From an uncultured Chloroflexia bacterium (GTDB lineage Bacteria; Chloroflexota; Chloroflexia; Thermomicrobiales; UBA6265): a DNA stretch of 64,000 bases. Under the pieces are notes generated by a model. The model made no database searches. It was not told where the DNA came from and was given only the letters and a program-made list of their open reading frames with translations. Positions 59,337 to 64,000 of this stretch are shown here, piece after piece. Within the stretch, counting starts at the first letter, position 1; every line of letters starts with the position of its first letter. The DNA lies in assembly GCA_963724295.1 (NCBI GenBank), contig CAVRUC010000007.1:256001-320000 (forward strand). The letters run 5' to 3'. The translations under genes and the position numbers were made by a program.

Positions 59337-60064
59337 GCCGCGCGAGTGGACGAGCCCCTGATGAGTTACGGACGCTGCAAATCATCCCGAACACCATGCC
59401 GTTCGCCGAGGGATCAGCCTCGATTCGCCTCGGCGACACTCATGTCTTGTGCGCCGCGACCGTTGACGAGCGCGTGCCGCCCTGGATGCGGGGCCAAGGC
59501 AAGGGGTGGGTAACGGCTGAGTACTCGATGCTGCCCCGCTCCACGAAAGAGCGGACGCCGCGCGAAGCCGTCAGCGGAAAGCAGGGGGGTCGAACTGTCG
59601 AGATTCAGCGTCTCATTGGACGATCGCTGCGGGCCGGTGTCGACCTGAAGCTGCTGGGAGAGCGTCAGGTCATCGTCGATTGCGACGTCGTCCGCGCCGA
59701 CGGAGGAACGCGCTGCGCCGCGATCACGGGCGGATATGTCGCGTTGGCGATCGCCATCAACGCCCTCCGCCGGCAAGGACGATTGAATCGAGATCCGCTG
59801 ACGGCGGCGATCGCCGCCGTCAGTGTCGGCATCGTGCGCGGCGTGCCGGTTCTCGATCTCGATTACGTCGAGGACAGCGGCGCCGCGGTCGACTGCAATA
59901 TCGTCGGCACGGGTGATGGCGCGTTCGTCGAGATCCAGGCCACCGCCGAAGGGAAGCCATTCGACCGGCGGAATTTCGGCGAACTGCTGGATCTGGCGAA
60001 TCTCGGTCTGGCGGCGCTCTTTGCGGCTCAGCGTGATGCCGTCCGTGCCGCTAACCCATCCTGA
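59333..60064 (+). CDS. rph: Ribonuclease PH
   Basis: [36 protein letters not shown]. Confidence 0.97.
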   Translation: MSRASGRAPDELRTLQIIPNTMPFAEGSASIRLGDTHVLCAATVDERVPPWMRGQGKGWVTAEYSMLPRSTKERTPREAVSGKQGGRTVEIQRLIGRSLRAGVDLKLLGERQVIVDCDVVRADGGTRCAAITGGYVALAIAINALRRQGRLNRDPLTAAIAAVSVGIVRGVPVLDLDYVEDSGAAVDCNIVGTGDGAFVEIQATAEGKPFDRRNFGELLDLANLGLAALFAAQRDAVRAANPS

Positions 60065-60068
60065 TCGC

Positions 60069-61097
60069 TCAGGCGATGAGCTCGGGCCCGAGCTCCAGAA
60101 GCGACGCTCGTAAGCGATCCATCGCTGTCCTCGACCCGATGCCGATCCGGACATACTCCTCCAGCCCGGGTTCCCGCGGGGCATGGATGCGGATTCCCCG
60201 CTTCGCGAGCCCGTCGATGAGATGCTGACGCGATACAACCGTGACCCGACCGGTGATGAACGGTCCCCAGGATGGAAGCGGCTGCAGGAACGACAACCGG
60301 CGGAGGAAGCGATAGAGCCGAGAGCGTTCCTCGCGAACCAGCTTGAGCGTTGCCGCCACCGAATCGTGATTCTCGAGAGTCGCCATCGCCCCGGCAATCG
60401 ACTCTGGTTTCACTGCGGTCGACGCCGGGTCAAATGTCGCCGCCAATCCTGGAGAGACCACGGCCCAGGCGCAGGAGGTCTCCGCAAGACCGGCCCAGGA
60501 GGCGAACGATCGCAACACGATGACGTTGTCGAGCTCGCGGGCGAGTGGGAGCAAGGAGAACTCGGAAAATTCCGCAAATCGCTCGTCGATGACGACGCAA
60601 CGACAGGCACGGGCCAATCGTACGGCGTCAGCCGGCGAAACGATCGATCCCAACGGGTTCGAGGGCGAATCGATGATCGCCAGACCATTCGCCGGGATAT
60701 CCGATGCACATTCGGGTCCGACGACAGTATCGCCGCCAGCACCGCGCGCGATCGATACGATGTCAGATTTGCAACGGCTTTCCGCAATGAGGTTCGCGGT
60801 GGCCGCGGGTGGAAATGCGATGATCGGTCCCGGATGGCGGCTAGCGAGGGTACGTATCGCTGAGTCGACGCTCTCCAGGAGGTGTATCGATCCCACCGGT
60901 ACCCGGTATATCTCCCCTAACCGTCGTCGAAATGTGGCCGCAAGCGGCTCAGGCCGTGACTCCAGACCCGCTTCAACGGCTTCGATCGCGGCCGGGCATG
61001 GACCGTATGGATTGTGCGTGTGGTCGAGCCGGATGGTCGGGTCAAACGCGTCACATTGCTGAGGGGAGAAGTGCTTCGCCTCGCGACGCAGACTCAT
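60069..61097 (-). CDS. HisC-like class I/II aminotransferase-fold protein, degenerate
   Basis: NPYGP, SPSNPLG, VIDE, VRIGIG; the PLP-lysine motif reads LRSFASWAGL. Confidence 0.75.
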   Translation of the reverse strand: MSLRREAKHFSPQQCDAFDPTIRLDHTHNPYGPCPAAIEAVEAGLESRPEPLAATFRRRLGEIYRVPVGSIHLLESVDSAIRTLASRHPGPIIAFPPAATANLIAESRCKSDIVSIARGAGGDTVVGPECASDIPANGLAIIDSPSNPLGSIVSPADAVRLARACRCVVIDERFAEFSEFSLLPLARELDNVIVLRSFASWAGLAETSCAWAVVSPGLAATFDPASTAVKPESIAGAMATLENHDSVAATLKLVREERSRLYRFLRRLSFLQPLPSWGPFITGRVTVVSRQHLIDGLAKRGIRIHAPREPGLEEYVRIGIGSRTAMDRLRASLLELGPELIA

Positions 61098-61918
61098 CGC
61101 CAGGGCACGAGTGGCAGTCGTTCCGGGGCGCGGGCATGTCCCCTGACGGACGTTTCCAGTACCTCGAGGTGAACCCGGCCGACGACTGGCAGCGCGACGT
61201 TGCGCACGGGCACTCCGCCTGGAGTGCGACCCCTGAGTGTTCCGAGATGAGCATGACCATGAATGACGAGATCAGGCGGCCGCCGATCGAGGACGATACC
61301 CAGCTCACAGTTGCCGAGCATCCAGTACTTGGTGAGAGGCTCACGACCGAGCGTCGTTGTGGTCGGTGCGAAGTGAAGCGCCGCGATGCGCACGTCGGCG
61401 TCGAGGGACAGCAGCGCCCGCTCGAGCGCCTCGCACTCGCCGCGAGCGCGGATCGCGAGCCGCTTGAGGGTCCGCGCGTGAATCGCCGCCGGCCCCTCGT
61501 GCGGCCAGAAGCCTCCGCCGCTGCCGGCCGTGCCGGCGATGCCGACGCGCGAACCGTTCGCCAGGCGCACCACGGTAGCGCAACCGTCGAGCACCTCGAT
61601 GCCAGAGCGTTCGAGCGCGCGCCGGAAAGCTACCCGGCGCAGGGATCGCAAATCATGATTGCCCAGCACGGTGACCACGGGTAATCGAGCGGTCGCCAGG
61701 AGCTCGCCAGCCGCCTCGGCCTCCAGCAGGCGACCGTTCTCCGTGAGGTCCCCAGCCACCAGCAAGAGGTCGGCGTGCTCCGCGAGTCCGGACAGACCCG
61801 GGACCGCACTCGGTTCTTCTCGGCCCCGAACGTGGAGGTCCCCAATCGCGGCAATGCGCACCCGCACGTTATTCGGGGTGCTCGTCTGCGCGACTGATGC
61901 TGGCAGTTGGCAGTCCAT
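61094..61918 (-). CDS. Calcineurin-like metallophosphoesterase (start uncertain)
   Basis: GDLH, AGDLT, GNHD, HGHAH. Confidence 0.88.
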   Translation of the reverse strand: MDCQLPASVAQTSTPNNVRVRIAAIGDLHVRGREEPSAVPGLSGLAEHADLLLVAGDLTENGRLLEAEAAGELLATARLPVVTVLGNHDLRSLRRVAFRRALERSGIEVLDGCATVVRLANGSRVGIAGTAGSGGGFWPHEGPAAIHARTLKRLAIRARGECEALERALLSLDADVRIAALHFAPTTTTLGREPLTKYWMLGNCELGIVLDRRPPDLVIHGHAHLGTLRGRTPGGVPVRNVALPVVGRVHLEVLETSVRGHARAPERLPLVPWR

Positions 61919-62034
61919 GGAAGCCAAGGGTACCTGATCGGTCGGGAACCGAGAAATCGGCACCGTATACTTCGTGCGGGAACCTTCAGGGTGAGCCGTT
62001 TCGGGCGGAGACCCCGGCAGGATGAGGATGGCGG

Positions 62035-63210
62035 TTGGGGATGGATCTGGGTTCACGACGTTGCTTTAGCCGATGCGGTGCGTTCCGGAGCGTCATCGCG
62101 CTCGCTACCGCGCTCGTATTCTGGGGATCGTCAGGGGCGGCCCAAGCGGCAGAGATCGCCCGGTACCGGCCGCTGGCGCCGCCTCCCATCTCGGCCGACG
62201 CTGTCTTCGTCACCGATATCTCAAGTGGGACCGAGCTTTTCGCGCAAAACGCTGACGAGCCGCTACCTCCGGCAAGTCTGACCAAGATTGTCTCCGCGCT
62301 GGTGGTGCTGGAACGGGCCAACCTCGACGACACCATCGAGATCCTGCAGGAAGATCTGGTCAGTGTCGAGGAGTCCCAGGTCGGGTTGGTAGCGGGCGAC
62401 CGCCTATCGGTGCGCGACTTGCTCCACGGCATGCTCATCCCCTCCGGCAACGACGCAACGCTGGCACTGGCTCGTCATGTTGGCGCCGCCGCGCTCGGAG
62501 ATGGAGCCCCGGTCGAGCAGGCGGTTGCGGAATTTGTTTCGATGATGAACGCCAAGGCCGCCGAGCTTGGCGCCACGGCCTCCCATTTTTCGAACCCAAC
62601 AGGGCTCGACCAGGAAGGCCATGTGATGAGTGCGCGCGACGTCTCCACCCTGACCAGGGCCGCGCTACAGAATCCACTATTCGCGGAGATCGTGGCCAAA
62701 ACCGATGCCGTCCTGAGCTCGGAGCGCGAGCCCGATGGATACCGGGTGACGACGACGAACCAGCTTCTCGCCGAAGGACTCGTGACCGGGGTCAAGACTG
62801 GCACGACGGCGGAAGCCGGAGGTTGCCTGGTAACGTCATTCGCGGTTGGACCGAACGAAATCGTCGCCGTCATCCTCGGCAGCGACGTCAGCGAAGCGAC
62901 CGACGGATCACAAGACACCAGCGCCCGGTTCGCCGAAACCCGCGCGCTGCTGGACGCTGTGCAAGCTGACTATGTCTGGCTGGACCCGGAAGCACCGGGC
63001 GTGGTCTCGGGCCTCGTCGAGGAACTGTCGGTCTGGGAGGTCGATCTCGCTGGTGACGATCTCCTTCCCGTTCCGGCCAGCAACGCGGACGACGTCCGCT
63101 ACCGGCTTGTCCTGGCTCCGCCGTCGGCTCCCGAGAATCCGGCGGGACAGGTGCAGTTCTTCGTCGGCGAGCAATTGCTCTCGGAACGGTCCGCGCTTCA
63201 GGCAGCCTGA
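62035..63210 (+). CDS. D-alanyl-D-alanine carboxypeptidase (peptidase S11; start uncertain)
   Basis: SxxK (SLTK), SGN and KTG motifs; signal peptide. Confidence 0.9.
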   Translation: MGMDLGSRRCFSRCGAFRSVIALATALVFWGSSGAAQAAEIARYRPLAPPPISADAVFVTDISSGTELFAQNADEPLPPASLTKIVSALVVLERANLDDTIEILQEDLVSVEESQVGLVAGDRLSVRDLLHGMLIPSGNDATLALARHVGAAALGDGAPVEQAVAEFVSMMNAKAAELGATASHFSNPTGLDQEGHVMSARDVSTLTRAALQNPLFAEIVAKTDAVLSSEREPDGYRVTTTNQLLAEGLVTGVKTGTTAEAGGCLVTSFAVGPNEIVAVILGSDVSEATDGSQDTSARFAETRALLDAVQADYVWLDPEAPGVVSGLVEELSVWEVDLAGDDLLPVPASNADDVRYRLVLAPPSAPENPAGQVQFFVGEQLLSERSALQAA

Positions 63211-63221
63211 TTGGTGAGAGA

Positions 63222-64000
63222 GTGACAGCAGAGGCCGAAGCAGATGCCCAGCCGGGGGAGCGGTTGCAACGAGTGCTTGCCGCCGCCGGAGTTGCGTCGC
63301 GTCGCAAGGCCGAGGAGCTCATTCAGTCCGGCAGAGTTTCGGTCGACGGCCAAGTGGTGACCCAGCTCGGGACGCGGGTCGATCCTCGCCGCGCCAGAAT
63401 CCAGGTCGATGGCAAACTGATTCGCCGGCAGGCGTTTCGCTACGTCGTGATGAACAAGCCATCCGGGTTCATCACGACCACCAGTGATGAGCGCGACCGG
63501 CGAACGGTCATGGAGCTCTTACCCAGGGAGCCCCGGCTATTTCCCGTAGGTCGACTCGACCGGGATACTGAAGGGCTGCTGCTCTTCACCAACGACGGCG
63601 AGGTCGCAAATCGCGTCATGCACCCCCGGTACGGGCTGACCAAGGAATACCTTGTGCTTACGCCGCAGAAACCGTCCGAACGCGTCATGCTGCGCATCCG
63701 CAACGGGGTTGAGATCGATGGCAAGCGGGTCGTTCCCCACGAGTTCCGCATCGTCCGCGAAACGGCCGACGGTGTGCTGCTATCAGTCGTCGTGCACGAA
63801 GGAATGAATCGGATCGTCCGCCGCATGATGGAGAGTGCCGGGATCGAGGTGACCAAGCTCTCTCGGGTACGGGTTGGCCCACTGTCGGTTGCCGGTATCC
63901 CTCGCGGCGGGTACCGCGAATTGACCCCGGGCGAGCTCACCTCGCTGCTCCAGTCGCTCCACCTGGAACGGGGCACGCGCGACTCGACCGCACCGTCTCA
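63222..64000 (+). CDS. RluB/RsuA family pseudouridine synthase, runs off the window end
   Basis: ERLQRVLAAAGVASRRKAEELI (S4 domain), NKP.G, VGRLDRDTEGLLLFTNDG. Confidence 0.93.
   Translation, partial: MTAEAEADAQPGERLQRVLAAAGVASRRKAEELIQSGRVSVDGQVVTQLGTRVDPRRARIQVDGKLIRRQAFRYVVMNKPSGFITTTSDERDRRTVMELLPREPRLFPVGRLDRDTEGLLLFTNDGEVANRVMHPRYGLTKEYLVLTPQKPSERVMLRIRNGVEIDGKRVVPHEFRIVRETADGVLLSVVVHEGMNRIVRRMMESAGIEVTKLSRVRVGPLSVAGIPRGGYRELTPGELTSLLQSLHLERGTRDSTAPS

Overview
High-GC bacterial chromosomal segment, most likely from a Chloroflexota (Thermomicrobiales-like) genome. This is inferred from two DUF2298/'YYY' membrane proteins, a GAAC-N4-GTTC LexA box and many leaderless promoters. Most of the window is housekeeping genes: pnp, rpsO, mtnP, nadK, ruvB, queA, dnaN, recF, folD, dnaE, polX, glmS, purB, gcvTHP, der, plsY, galE, glyA, fmt, cysM-cysO-mec, uvrC, rarA, rph and others, plus 4 tRNAs and a glmS ribozyme. 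Several single-base frameshifts in core genes look like assembly indels. The most notable feature is a decayed IS110 element (38166-39250) inserted at the CT core of a GTAG-family REP palindrome. Its left non-coding end folds into a complete bridge-RNA-like structure whose four guide segments can be read from the sequence (predicted target GTCGCCC-CT-AC, donor ACAGTGT-CT-TG), and an unoccupied target lies at 32934-32944. Other points of interest: an unannotated ~175-nt structured, possibly switch-like RNA upstream of folD; a LexA-boxed Rad52-like annealing gene divergent from dnaN; integrase and helicase remnants at tRNA 3' ends; a CysO with a capped C-terminus; and a HisC-like protein lacking its PLP lysine. 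All calls come from reading the sequence by eye; no searches were run.
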